Assembly: GCA_000091205.1 (NCBI GenBank)
Contig: AP006493.2
Reading direction: 5' to 3' (one strand)
From: Cyanidioschyzon merolae
Lineage: Eukaryota
Length of the DNA: 64,000 nucleotides
Shown: one piece after another, positions 19,708-31,350 of the stretch
How the letters are laid out: each line of letters opens with the position of its first letter
How positions within the stretch are numbered: position 1 is the first letter of the stretch
The notes under the pieces: model-generated
What the model was told of the DNA's origin: nothing
The model's input: only the letters and a program-made list of their open reading frames with translations
Databases searched by the model: none
Made by a program: the position numbers and the translations under genes

Positions 19708-21491
19708 ATTTGTGCTTGAAATCGAACTTGTGCGCCCTTTTGAGATGTGCACCGACGCTTTCGTGCTGAAGAAAGCTCGAGGCCTTCGAAGGAGAGCAGC
19801 CCACTACGTAGCATGCAAGATCTGCACGAAGACACTTGGCGGGCTAGCAGCCACCGCCGCAACGCTCACCACCAAGGAGGCGAAATGTGTGATGTTGAAC
19901 ACGCGAAGCGGCGCACGCGCAAGCGAAGGCAGCTCTTTCGCGCCTGCACACTGCTGATGGTAAAATCCAAGGAACATGTACTTTGTGGTCCCGGGTTCTG
20001 TGCGGTTGTCATGTATGTTCATGCCCGTGCTCGTGCAGCTGGAGATTCTACGAATGGCGCTATTCGCGCAAAGCTTCGGCCGCAGTTGATCAGCCCCTTA
20101 CTGTCGATGCAGTCACTTGTACATCTAAAGACTCATCCAGACTGAACGGATGCAGAAAGCATGCAATTCTACGAGCTCGTTTAACGACGGTCACCGTGAT
20201 CTCTCAGTGGCATCCTGCATCCGCTCGGGAAATGGAAGCGAAGCCACAGAATCTCGCACCGAAACTGGTGTCGATGTTGCAAATACATGGCGAGAACCTA
20301 CACGTTCGCAATGTGACGAGAGACGCACTCGAGAAAAAATAAAAGAGCGTCATATGCCTCCACAGAACAAGGTGGATATACGCATGGGGAGAACAGAATC
20401 GCCTGGATCAGAGGAAGTCTGTCATCGTTCACGCGTTCATCACGCCCGGGAATGTCATCCGGTGCAACGGACGATGCTGCCCGATTCCGTTCGATGGTAG
20501 AGTGAGCTATCGCAAAGAGATCATGCTGGAATTTGTTCGAGCCCGTTGAAAGATGCATACGCGCATGCCTGCGTTTTCCAGGAACATGCGTTTAAACTCC
20601 AACGACCCGCTCTATTTCCACAGATCTTGCACTGCAATCCGGAGCTTCGTGTAGACGAGCGTGTGCTTGTGGCTAAAGAGGTTTGTGTCAGCTTTAAGGT
20701 GCCTCGTGTACGAGAGCGCCTCGATGAATCATCGCAGAGCGCAGCGCCGAGTGGGTGCGTGCATCCTACGGATTTCGACCAAGGATTGATGAGGCTTACC
20801 AGTGGTCTCCCGGATGCAGCATAGTTATCGGAATCTAGCGAAGCAAACACCGCGCTGGTAGATACCGGCCAACTTCCACTGAGTATAATAAGGTTTCCCT
20901 TTCGAGAGCATGTCACAAAAAGGTGCAGCGCTTGTCGAACACATGTCCAAGCCTGAGCGCAAGGCTGAATCTCGTACTTGTGATGCAAATGGAAAATATT
21001 GTCTGATAATATCTAGTCTTTGGTGTATATGTCGCGCATCCGCAGACCCCACATAAACCGCTGGCAACCCAGAAGTTGCACCATTGTCTCATTGGATACA
21101 TGGTTGTTCTTTGATGACAGTACAAACCAGATCCTCATCAAACACCGCCTGCTGCGGTGTGTCATCATTATCTCATTATATGTATATGTTATTATTTGGT
21201 AGTAATGTCCAAAACATTCAGATACCCCACCAGCCCATGCCTGCTGCACGCGCATCCCGAGCGGCCTTGGGCGCCTGCAGCGTCAGGCTGCACCACGTAG
21301 AGCAAACTTGCTGCGTACGCGAAGAGCGTGACGTATTCTTCGGCGTCACCCGAGCGTTCCATACGCGTATCCTCTACAGCGTGTGCTTGCTCGATAGGTG
21401 CGACACTATTGTCAATCAGTGTTCCAGTGCAGTGTATAGGGAGTGAGCTCAGGCCATAGTGATTTACAACACACGCGCTGTGTACTGGTGA

Positions 21492-24242
21492 ATGGGGTTC
21501 ATATGCGTCTCTCTCTTTCAGGGGTTCAGCATCGGCGCGGAACGGGTGGGAAGTTACTCTGGCTTTTACCGAAGACGGCATCCGGGATGGAGGTTTCGAC
21601 CACGGCAACCGGGTACGCTCCCGGTGCTTCCGTTGCCGCCTGACAGACTGACGCCCAGATGGGATGCACCCGCGATCCGCGTATCGAATGGTTCGTCAGT
21701 CACACGCAGTATTCCGCGAATGTCGGCAAGAACTGGTTCCCGTGGCTTTGAAGAGCAGCAGGGCGGCGACGCGTCGGTTTCTGCGGCCTCTGAAGTTGTT
21801 GGCGGCACACCTGGTACCTCCACTGAAGGTGCAGCCACAGGCACGCTAGGCTCTGGCCGGCCGTGGAATAAAGGCGTGGCGCATTCGCCGGAAGTTCGGG
21901 CTCGAATAGGAGCTGCTCGACGAGGTAAGGCGCCATGGAATAAAGGAAAGGCGTTGTCAGAGGAGCATCGACGGAAAATAGGCGCAGCGCACGAAGGTCG
22001 TCCTCTGAGCTCAGAGCATCGTCAACGCATCGCCAAGGGCATGCGACGCCGGCCCGATGACGTCTTGACCGGTAAAAAGGGAGGCGACACTCCAGCTGGT
22101 GCCGCCTCCACCGAGGCACACGAGCTCGACGAATTTGGACGCCTACAGAAGCTGCTCTTGTCCGCTGAACTGGAAACGGGTATCGTGCCGAATACGGAGT
22201 CTGCTAGCACGGGCCGCCATGCGATGCAAGACGCATCGGAAACACAGGAAAATGTCCTTTCTCAAAGCGATGACGTAGAAGAAAATCGGATCGAAAGTAT
22301 GGAACCGGCTGGACGCGCGTCCCCAGAAGATGAAGTAGAGGCATCATCGTTGGACTCGGTTGCACTAGACGTGCAGCGTTTTACACGCCTAAGAGCTGAA
22401 CTTCGAGCGTGGAGCCAACTGTTTGCTCGCTTTCATGGCGGTAGGCGTCCATCGCTTGCTGACGTGCGTCGCACCGGTTCCCTTGAGATTATCAACAAGT
22501 TTGAAATGTATCTGAAGCTTCGGGAACGGTTGCGCAATCTGGCGGATGAAGTACTTGGCGACACGCTTATGATTCCTGGTGTAAGTCGAAAGGTTTTAGC
22601 CGCCCCGGGCGGCAGTGAAGATGTTTCCAAGGACTACCGCTCGACAGAGGTAATCGATACCTGGATGCGATATCTGCGTATGCAGAGAGAAATTGAGAGG
22701 AGCGGTGAATCCACGACCCAGACTCCGTCGGTTGGCGTCCCGAAGACTCGGAGACGTACGAGAAGGAGCCCCGTGGAAGTCATGAAGGAGAACGCTCGCA
22801 AACCTATTTCGGTTTGGCCGAACCAGGTCAAAGTCGATTCCGGAAAGGACGGGGCGCCCGATCATTCCGTCCCAGGGGAACCGAATGAAACCTCATGGAC
22901 TCGGGCCGTATCGAAAGAGATGACCCATGCGGACGAGTCTGTATTATCACCATCGAGGAGCCTGGTGTCTGATGTGGCGCCAAAAGCTGATCCCGACTCG
23001 GGGGGAATCATTGCAGGGGCGCCACCAATAAGCTTTCCGAGAATTCCCGCAACGGCCGAGTCGAGCGCCGCTGAAGGTGCAACCTTGCTGCCAACAAAAA
23101 CTCTGAACAAGGCGAATGCTCTGCAGAAGCAATACAATCGGGGTTCGAGTACAAGGAAATCTTCGCGAACGAGGCGCAGCGCTTCGAAAGATAGCAAGAC
23201 AGCCGATCCAGCGCTGGACTCCGGCACACTTCCGAATACGATGCAGAACGACAGCAACGAAACTCTTTATCGAGAGGCGTCCGCCGCGACTCGCACGACT
23301 TGTGAACACAATGAGAACCCTGCGCCCAATGGAGCGGACACTGGGCACGCGAGTAGCACAGGGCCCACTTTTTTCAACTCGACGGAATCGACGACTGACG
23401 ACCGATCCAGGAGCCGCGAATCGTCGACAAATGCGCCGTTGGCGACGCACGACCTGTACCACAGCGCTTCGAGCACTCTCGGAAACGAGTCTAACGCCAC
23501 AGCGCCGAGCACCATTATGTCCGTAACACCGTCCGCAGCCGCTGTCCATGAGATGGCGACGGAGTGCGCCTCGTGCGCCACCGAGACCGCGCAGCATGCA
23601 GGAGCATCCATGCCGAATCCGGGCGCTGCCTCTGCCACCAGTAATGAAGGAGTATTTCTAGACGAGGACCAGCGCAACGAACAGGGCCAAAAGCCGGTGC
23701 CCGTGGTACCTCCGCAGGATCCAGCCAGCAGCCATGCGCTGGAAACTCGGAAAACCCTTGATCCCGGGCGGACGGATAACGACTCCGCAGAGCCCAGACC
23801 TGGTGTCGTGAACGCCGTTCAGCCCGAACTCGGATTAAGTGAGGAATTCGTTTTTCCGAGCGTAATCGAGCACGAGCTGGAGCCGCTGGATTATAGCCTA
23901 TTAGGGCGGATACGGCTCCTGGGCGTCAATGATGTGCGCGAAATCCTCTCACTACGCAAGACTCTGCGAAGATGGATTGAGCAGTTTAAGTTGAAGTACG
24001 GGCGCCGGCCTACCGTTCAGGACGCGGATCTGTATCTCTCAGCGGATGATCATGTCGAACTACGAAAAGTTCAATGCAGGAAATATGTTCAGTTACGGGA
24101 CACGCTGGAGCTGAAATCGCGCAAGATATACGACGATTCATTCGTTGAACTATTAGAGCAACATCATGCACGAATCGAGCGGCTTGTGGAGCGCCTCGCT
24201 CGGGAGCCAGCACAACTCACACCGCCCGAAGCGACGCCCTAG
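21492..24242 (+). CDS. Large Ser/Thr/Pro-rich hypothetical protein with three NUMOD3-like repeats and a duplicated C-terminal W...F....GRRP..D motif (real start may be downstream of 21492)
   Basis: 916-aa uninterrupted ORF that ends in TAG. Three repeats: WNKGVAHSPEVRARIGAARRGKAP, WNKGKALSEEHRRKIGAAHEGRP, LSSEHRQRIAKGMRRR. Two internal repeats: LRAELRAWSQLFARFHGGRRPSLADVRR...YLKLRERL and LRKTLRRWIEQFKLKYGRRPTVQDADL...YVQLRDTL. Confidence 0.6.
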   Translation: MGFICVSLFQGFSIGAERVGSYSGFYRRRHPGWRFRPRQPGTLPVLPLPPDRLTPRWDAPAIRVSNGSSVTRSIPRMSARTGSRGFEEQQGGDASVSAASEVVGGTPGTSTEGAATGTLGSGRPWNKGVAHSPEVRARIGAARRGKAPWNKGKALSEEHRRKIGAAHEGRPLSSEHRQRIAKGMRRRPDDVLTGKKGGDTPAGAASTEAHELDEFGRLQKLLLSAELETGIVPNTESASTGRHAMQDASETQENVLSQSDDVEENRIESMEPAGRASPEDEVEASSLDSVALDVQRFTRLRAELRAWSQLFARFHGGRRPSLADVRRTGSLEIINKFEMYLKLRERLRNLADEVLGDTLMIPGVSRKVLAAPGGSEDVSKDYRSTEVIDTWMRYLRMQREIERSGESTTQTPSVGVPKTRRRTRRSPVEVMKENARKPISVWPNQVKVDSGKDGAPDHSVPGEPNETSWTRAVSKEMTHADESVLSPSRSLVSDVAPKADPDSGGIIAGAPPISFPRIPATAESSAAEGATLLPTKTLNKANALQKQYNRGSSTRKSSRTRRSASKDSKTADPALDSGTLPNTMQNDSNETLYREASAATRTTCEHNENPAPNGADTGHASSTGPTFFNSTESTTDDRSRSRESSTNAPLATHDLYHSASSTLGNESNATAPSTIMSVTPSAAAVHEMATECASCATETAQHAGASMPNPGAASATSNEGVFLDEDQRNEQGQKPVPVVPPQDPASSHALETRKTLDPGRTDNDSAEPRPGVVNAVQPELGLSEEFVFPSVIEHELEPLDYSLLGRIRLLGVNDVREILSLRKTLRRWIEQFKLKYGRRPTVQDADLYLSADDHVELRKVQCRKYVQLRDTLELKSRKIYDDSFVELLEQHHARIERLVERLAREPAQLTPPEATP

Positions 24243-24881
24243 ACGGGAGCGCCCGACATTCGCGCACGTCGCCACACCACGATGCATTCAAAGAGCAGCG
24301 ATGCGCGTCGCCCGCCTTGAGTGCCGGATTGTCTTCGGAGCGACACCCCAGTCGGATTGTCGAAAGGCGTACTGCAGGCAGCGGTGAACGAGCGTCGCTG
24401 CCCAGTGCGTCTCTGAACGAGCCCGCCGCTTTCCAAAGCTATATGTTCACCGAATGCGTACGAGGCATAGAGATCTGACTGCGGTAAGCAACGTGCACAT
24501 CTCACATTCCGTCACATGATGATTACGGAACCAGCGCTTCAGGGCATCGCGTCGCGTCTGTACAGAGGTGCCGTACGCTCTCTCGGTCACCGAGATCCAG
24601 CACTGCTGTAGCATCGCGGTTGTCGCGTACCGGGTTGTGAGCGCCAAAACCGCCAACGAGGAGCGCTACGCTTCCCTGGAGCGGGAATCACCGCTCGCCA
24701 GCTGCGGCCTCGTTGCCGGGCACGGCATATTCGTGCAGTGGCGGCGCCAGACCCTGAGCGCCTCGCTCGCATCCAATGGTTATCCCAGCGCACAGCGCTT
24801 ATGTAAACAAGACAGGAATTTCGGAGCCCATTCACGACGTTGGGTTGCTGTCCCCGGTATCCAGAGTATGGAAGGCGCAAA

Positions 24882-26285
24882 CTATATGCCCGTCGAGTAC
24901 AACCACAGGTCCCGATACTGTTCCGTTGCTTTTGCAGCACGCTGCATATGGCTGCGTCGACTCACAGACTCGGTCTCTTTCATGCTTTTTGGAGCCTCTG
25001 GTGCAGTTTTCGGAGCTCGGTTGCTAGGTATTTGGGCACCACTATGGAGGCGAGCATGCGAGGCGGCGAGCTCGGCAGCAATCTCTGAGCCAACAGCCTC
25101 CGCGTATGTTTGCGGGTGTTTGCTCAGCGCGATATCGATAGGCGGTGTCACTGGGGTAATCGGCAAAACTGCTCGGCGATCAGGCGATCTTCCAGCGTCT
25201 GGCTGGACGTCTGTAGACCACCGGGCAAAGTCCTGGTCTGTTTGATGCTCTTCAAGGCCGGAGTCTGCACAATAGACGTGACCTGCCGCCGCTGTCGGCT
25301 CCGATAGACTACCCTCCGCGACGTTGCCTCGAATAGACGCGTGCGATAACTCTGATCCAGTGCCAGGATCGTGACTCGGAGAGCTTCTCGGCGATCGCTG
25401 GCCGAGGTACTGTTCGAGTTTCCTCCAAACGAGGGATGGCGAGACGACAGGCGCTTGTGTCCTGCCGCGTTGACCGCTATCGCGGTCGCCTGATGTACGG
25501 CTCGTGTTCGTCTCGGCGAGCGCATTCCGTAAACCCTCACTGGGCGCAGCGGGTGCACTCTGACTCAGCACGATACTGCCATCTGAGTCGACCTCGTTAC
25601 GTTCTGGGCCATGCGCAAACGTCCGGGATCTGCGGTTGATATCATTAGAGCCCGAGAGCCGGCGCTGAAGCCCCTGATACGGCACACTGCCTGACGGGAT
25701 GATCCCGAGCTCTTCAAGGTCGATCATGGCGTGCCCCGAGTCAACCGACGGCCGAGGACGCTCACCAGACGTGCCGTGAAGCGCAGGGCAGCCGTCCTCA
25801 GACGCAGGCCCCCCGGCAGCAAGGGTTCTTACGGCTGTGTTTCCCATCGCAGAGGCGCCACGGGTCTGTGAAACGGTGCCCCGGCTCCCGGGTACCGTCG
25901 GGTCAGTCGTACCCCTGCGTTGCCCAAGCGAACGCGATGCACGGCCTACATCGCTGCCTTGCACGTATGTATCTCGTTCTGGCTCCGCAGACTTGCTGCC
26001 GGTGGCCTCCGAAAACCACGCGTCCTGATCGAGGCTATCCGCCTCCGGTTCGCTTGGAACGATATCACCGTACGTTATCACCGGGCGGGCTCGATTCGCA
26101 CTATCCCAGGCGTCGACAACGGCAGAGCGACTCCCAGCGCCGACATAGCTCGCGAAAGAGGCCACGAGGCGCCCCAGCGGTGACCTCGGCGGGTGCGCAC
26201 TGCCAGCCTCGCCGTCGCTGCCCTCGAACCCGTTGGTGCCTCTGGGCGAGGCCTGCTCGTCCACGGTCATCTTTCTTGTTCCCAT
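24882..26285 (-). CDS. Hypothetical Ser/Pro/Gly-rich low-complexity protein
   Basis: 467-aa ORF. The function cannot be recognised. It may be continuous with the upstream ORF 26381-27016 (same strand). Confidence 0.35.
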   Translation of the reverse strand: MGTRKMTVDEQASPRGTNGFEGSDGEAGSAHPPRSPLGRLVASFASYVGAGSRSAVVDAWDSANRARPVITYGDIVPSEPEADSLDQDAWFSEATGSKSAEPERDTYVQGSDVGRASRSLGQRRGTTDPTVPGSRGTVSQTRGASAMGNTAVRTLAAGGPASEDGCPALHGTSGERPRPSVDSGHAMIDLEELGIIPSGSVPYQGLQRRLSGSNDINRRSRTFAHGPERNEVDSDGSIVLSQSAPAAPSEGLRNALAETNTSRTSGDRDSGQRGRTQAPVVSPSLVWRKLEQYLGQRSPRSSPSHDPGTGSELSHASIRGNVAEGSLSEPTAAAGHVYCADSGLEEHQTDQDFARWSTDVQPDAGRSPDRRAVLPITPVTPPIDIALSKHPQTYAEAVGSEIAAELAASHARLHSGAQIPSNRAPKTAPEAPKSMKETESVSRRSHMQRAAKATEQYRDLWLYSTGI

Positions 26286-27520
26286 GATACCCAGACACGA
26301 AAAAATATACTACGTTCTGCTCGGATACGCTCCGTACGCGTGTGCTCCGAACGAAAATATCACGCAGTTGCTGGTTAAGCTCAAGCGGCGATCGATCGAA
26401 AGCGCCCTGAGGCGATCTCGAGATAAGCGCGAGCCGCCACCGCCGCCACAGGCCAAGCGTCGACAAGGCAACCGATCGCGAGCCGACCAACGCCCGCACG
26501 CGAGATGGCGAGATTGCAGTCCAGAGGCGGGGTGCGTGATGCTGTCTTTACATTTAGCGACAAAAGGTATTTTACGGACATGTGCTGTTTCGCGGTACGC
26601 GCCTGCTGCGATCCACTACACGTGACCTGGCTTTCGGACGCTGCGAGGTGCCCGGTGCGGGCGTCCGTTTTGTCCATAGATCCGGGCACCGGCGTCGAGA
26701 ACGATGCTTTCGTGTCATGCTGGAGCATCGGCGCCGGCGTATGGTATTCGTTTCCGAGTGTGGATGATGGATCAGGTCGGGGGTGCTCTGGGCTGGTCCA
26801 TACATCTTTTGGGTAATTATGTACAAAAAGCGTCATGCTAGGAGACGCTGTGCCTTCTTGAGCTCTGGACTCGAAAATTGCTATCCAGGAATTTTGGGCC
26901 TTGAAAAGCCATGGTGCGTTCGATACATCCTGCTCATTCGCTTGATGTATTGCCCGACGCACCCCTGCAATTCTAGGGACCGCCATGCGCCGTACGAGCT
27001 GGCGCAAGCGCGTCATCAGTTGGAATGCGGGTATGCTCTCGATGCGCTTTCTGCATGTTCTGCGTCGTGCAAACGTCGTTTCATTTGCGATTATGGGCAG
27101 TTTTTTGGGTGCTCAAAACACGCACCACCTGACATAACTTGATCTAGTTCGAGCGGATCAGGTTCGCAAGACGCCTGCACATAACAACTGGGGCTCCCGA
27201 GCCAGCTGCCGGACCTCGAGCAATTATAATGCTCCCTGACCTACCAGCTGGAGCGCTTCGTACAAGCCTTGAAATGTTTTTCGTACGCTTCGCCATGCCA
27301 ACGCGTTGCTACATACGAACTCCTGGACCTTTGCGTGTCCAGAAACACCATGCGGCGGATCATCGCTTGATGACGACAACATGCTCACAAAAACATCCAT
27401 CTATCACGCAACGCTCTTCTCATCACATCCGAAATCATTTGTGTGAAAGAAGTTCCGTCTTGATCAGTGCATCTCGATGGAATGCTCCACAGCATCGACG
27501 TCTGATCCGAATCCTTTTCT

Positions 27521-29017
27521 TTGATCAGCGACTGCGGAGAGAGCGCACCATCGTGCGTAGCGCCGGTCAGTGCGCGACGGCGCCTCGGCGCACGATCGCC
27601 CCAGGCCAGCCGCTGCTTCGAAGCGCTTGCCTCTAGCTCGTGCGGGGTGCTATCGAACGAGCTTGCCGTTCCGGTTATGTATTTGGTCGCGGGCACTTCA
27701 AAGCTTACGTGTAAAGGTAGAGAGGCAGCTGCCATTTGTCGCCCCCAGGGTTCGGATGCGGTCGTGGCGCACTGTTGGTACCGTCGTAAACGGGAGGCGA
27801 CGCCTGGCGCCGAACGCCGGAGAAGCACCGTGAAGGCGGAGGTCCCTGTCACGACCACAGATGAGCGTGTGCTCTGGGTGGATGCGCCCTCGCGAAAGTA
27901 CCCTATCATTTTCCGAAACAAGCCAAGTCTTCACGACTCTGAGCTCTTCGCGCCGCACATAAGCGGGAACTCTGTCCTGATCGTCACGAACGAGACGGTG
28001 GCGCCCCTGTACCTTCACCGGCTGCGGGAGGGGCTTTCTCGCTGCCCCCAGGTGGATAGAGTTGAAGAGTGCATCCTCCCTGACGGAGAAGAATACAAAA
28101 CAATGGATAGTTTGCGTGCAATTATCGACGTGTGTATGCAGAAAAGACTCGATCGCAAGTCGACGCTGTTTGCCCTCGGTGGTGGCGTCATCGGGGACCT
28201 CACTGGGTTTGCGGCTTCCGTTTTCTTGCGCGGTATACCGTTTATTCAGGTGCCGACCACGTTGCTCGCGGTCGTCGACTCGGCCGTTGGCGGTAAAACG
28301 GGAATCAATCACCCGCTGGGAAAGAATATGATTGGCTCTTTCTACCAGCCGCACGCTGTGATCGTTGACGCGAGCACCCTGAAGACACTCGACCCTCGAC
28401 AGATTTCAGCGGGTATAGCGGAGATCATCAAGTACGGCCTGATATGTGATGAGGAGTTCTTCAACTGGTGCGAGCGCAATGTGTCGAAAATGGTTTCGCT
28501 GAGCCCGGGGGCTATCCAGTACGCCATGGAGCGCAGTTGCCAATGCAAGGCGGCCGTTGTCGCTGCAGATGAACGCGAAAGTAGCGGGTATCGGGCGATT
28601 TTGAACCTCGGGCACACGTTCGGACACGCAATTGAGGCTGCAACTGGATATGGAACCTGGTTGCACGGGGAGGCTGTGGCAGCCGGCATGGTGATGGCAG
28701 CTGAAATGAGCCGGCGCCTGGGCTTTATCGACGAACAGGTCGTTCGCCGAATAGAGGCTATTCTGACCGAGGCAGCGCTGCCGGTGCGTCCGCCACCGAG
28801 TATGAACGTTGAAACTTTTCTCACATACATGGCCATGGATAAGAAGGTAGAGCGTGGTGTCCTGCGTCTCGTGCTACTCGAACGGCTTGGAAAAGCGATC
28901 GTGACCGCTAACTACGAGCGTCAGGTGCTCGTGGATACCATTGAGTACTTTCGACGCCTGTACCAGGAGCAGCCAGAAAACTATGAAAGGCGTCTAGCCC
29001 ATCTGCGACCAAAATGA
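27521..29017 (+). CDS. aroB: 3-dehydroquinate synthase (monofunctional, bacterial/plastid type) with an N-terminal extension of about 115 aa (possible transit peptide; start codon uncertain)
   Basis: YPIIFRNKPSL...VLIVTNETVAPLY...ILPDGEEYK...LFALGGGVIGDLTGFAASVFLRGIPFIQVPTTLLAVVDSAVGGKTGINHPLGKNMIGSFYQPHAVIVD...AVVAADERESSGYRAILNLGHTFGHAIEA...GEAVAAGMVMAA is collinear with E. coli AroB. Ends in TGA. Confidence 0.9.
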   Translation: MISDCGESAPSCVAPVSARRRLGARSPQASRCFEALASSSCGVLSNELAVPVMYLVAGTSKLTCKGREAAAICRPQGSDAVVAHCWYRRKREATPGAERRRSTVKAEVPVTTTDERVLWVDAPSRKYPIIFRNKPSLHDSELFAPHISGNSVLIVTNETVAPLYLHRLREGLSRCPQVDRVEECILPDGEEYKTMDSLRAIIDVCMQKRLDRKSTLFALGGGVIGDLTGFAASVFLRGIPFIQVPTTLLAVVDSAVGGKTGINHPLGKNMIGSFYQPHAVIVDASTLKTLDPRQISAGIAEIIKYGLICDEEFFNWCERNVSKMVSLSPGAIQYAMERSCQCKAAVVAADERESSGYRAILNLGHTFGHAIEAATGYGTWLHGEAVAAGMVMAAEMSRRLGFIDEQVVRRIEAILTEAALPVRPPPSMNVETFLTYMAMDKKVERGVLRLVLLERLGKAIVTANYERQVLVDTIEYFRRLYQEQPENYERRLAHLRPK

Positions 29018-30481
29018 CCATAAAGCACCTTTACGGGGCGCTGACGTGCAAGCCATGAGCACATCTCCACGGACGATTTCTCGTCTGGCCTCTGGCGAAA
29101 CACTGAAACGCTCCTGACCCCGTGTGAGCGAGCGCGCGACCTAAGCATGTACGCGTCCGAACGGCGCTGCTGAGGCCTGGGGCTTGGACCTCTCTTGATA
29201 CCTTTCGAGTTGAGCTGGGCACGGCTAACTGGAGAACCGTGCGCCCATCGCTCGACGCTCGATTTGAACTTTGTCGTCATTCGTTGAGAGCCGAAGGCCC
29301 GGTAGGAAAATAAGCACGGGATTGTACGACGAGATGTTGCTGCCGCTGTTCTGGAGAGATAGACGTTTCGATTCAGGTCTGTACTTGCGAGCTCGCCCTC
29401 AGCTGCGCAGGTCCACTGCTGTCCAAGAATACACAAGTCGCTGCTCGAGCACGCGAGTCAATGACGCGCCCTCTGCCCCGGGAAGTCGTTCGTGGAGCGA
29501 GTGCTCTACCATGAAATCTCATCAATGTCTTCGCGGCCTTTGTACTGCGCCTCGCCGCAATCGTTCTACCCTTTACCGAATTAGAGCCTATCTGTACCAA
29601 GTGCTGACGCAGCCTCCAACGTCTGCCGCGCAGCTTAACTTGTCCGCATCGTCCGCAACAAGTGCGAACCGCAATGTCCGGTCCCGCCGCGCGTTCGCTC
29701 TCGCTGCGCTACCCGATGAGACGCTGATAACAGCAGCTGATAGGCAAGCTTTTGCGTACCAGAACAGCATGTATAAATGACACCGCATCAAAAGCTCTCG
29801 CTGCGAGAGCGCGCTTTATCGCTTTCCGCTGTCAGAGATGCATCGTACTGGGTAGGCGTCATGATTCCACGTGCAGGGCACTTCGCGCAACGTATCGATG
29901 TCTCGGGGGTCGTACAGCGTCCACATGCCGTACCGTACCGTCCATGCCATGACGGTGTGACTCGAATTGCATCAGCGAAACTTTCCTCTTCGGGGGTCAA
30001 ACGGAATCGAGGCGGTCGTGGCACGCAATGCATTGCGCTCTCTGTAGTGCTAACCTAAAACAAAAACGCCGGCTTTAACGGGACCTGTCGCTAGACAACA
30101 AACGACGTATCGACTGACTGAACGCGCGCGCTGCGGCTGCTGCGCTGCACAAGTATCCACAGGAACGCAGACGCTGCCTGTGCTGGCGGCAGCGCCAGCA
30201 CAGCCAGACCAACCACAAGACACATCACGAGCGGCCGGCACGCTGCACCCGACTCGTTTCCCAGCTGCCTAACGCTGCGACTGCCACGGAGACGTGCCTC
30301 AGGAACGCAACCTAGCGGCATTTCGAGGTGCACGGCCTCGAGCGCTGACACCGGCCCGGTCGCGTGATCATATGCCTCCGTGCCACAGCGACACACTAGA
30401 AGCTCTCGGTGCGGTCGCGTCTGATCCAGTGTAACTGAATCGCGCACGGTGTCGTACACACACGCTGCATCACTCACGCGT

Positions 30482-30820
30482 TCACCCGCTCTCGAGCTTT
30501 GTCATCATGTTTTTCTCCAGAACAAACTTATTTTCCTTATACTTTTGGGACTGCTCAAAAGCCTCCAAATACTTCCACCCCAGCACGGTGTTACATACGG
30601 TGCAGTGCAAATCCGCAACAGCGTGTAGTCCAGTAATCAGCATTCGATTTTCTTTCGGACCCGCTGTCACATTGACAACGTTCGCGAACAGGTACGCGCG
30701 ACCGTGACGTCCCTGGAACTGCTTTGACATGATATCTTCGTGGAGAGCGAGGTGCGCGTTACACGTCGCACAGGAGTAGATAGTCGACCCACTCAGATAC
30801 TTTTGGTAAACTCTACCCAT
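30482..30820 (-). CDS. Yippee-family zinc-binding protein (YPEL-like)
   Basis: 112 aa. YSCATCNAHLALHEDIMSKQFQGRHGRAYLF...LHCTVCNTVLGWKY carries the two CxxC pairs of the Yippee fold. Ends in TGA. Confidence 0.85.
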   Translation of the reverse strand: MGRVYQKYLSGSTIYSCATCNAHLALHEDIMSKQFQGRHGRAYLFANVVNVTAGPKENRMLITGLHAVADLHCTVCNTVLGWKYLEAFEQSQKYKENKFVLEKNMMTKLESG

Positions 30821-31198
30821 AGCCCGTCAGAGGTGCACGGTGTCAACAGCGGCGCTTCGGGCGCGCTCTGTGTGAAAAGACCCCCTGTACCTCGCGCGCA
30901 GCTCGAACGCTCTGTACAGGGCGAGCTTTTCTGCAGCCTGCGAGAGCACCCCGTTCACGACAAGCGGCAACCAAGTGGAAACCGTTTCCAACAGCAGCGG
31001 TGCTCAGTGTAACACCAGACGAGAAACAAAGCAGCTGGAAAGCAGCACGACGGATGAGTCACGTTTCGAGAAGCGCGCACTGAGCACACATCCGTAGCGC
31101 CGCGCTGGTCAGCGCAGGCGCACCGGGGAAATTCCGTTGACATCGATCTCGCGTGTGTGACAAGCCGCACGGAAGCGCATGCGCCTCCGAATCCAGTG

Positions 31199-31202
31199 TG
31201 TG

Positions 31203-31238
<36 letters not shown>

Positions 31239-31350
31239 AATACCTACATGTTTACCTTCCTACCTGCCTTCCTACCTGCCCGCTTACCTGCCTGAATACC
31301 TACATATTTACCTTCCTACCTGCCTTCCTACCTGCCTGAATACGTGCCTG
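31199..31350. repeat. (TGCC/CCTG)n microsatellite followed by an imperfect duplication of about 60 bp
   Basis: tgcctgcctgcctgcc... for about 38 bp, then ctgaatacctacat[g/a]tttaccttcctacctgccttcctacctgcc twice. Confidence 0.85.
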
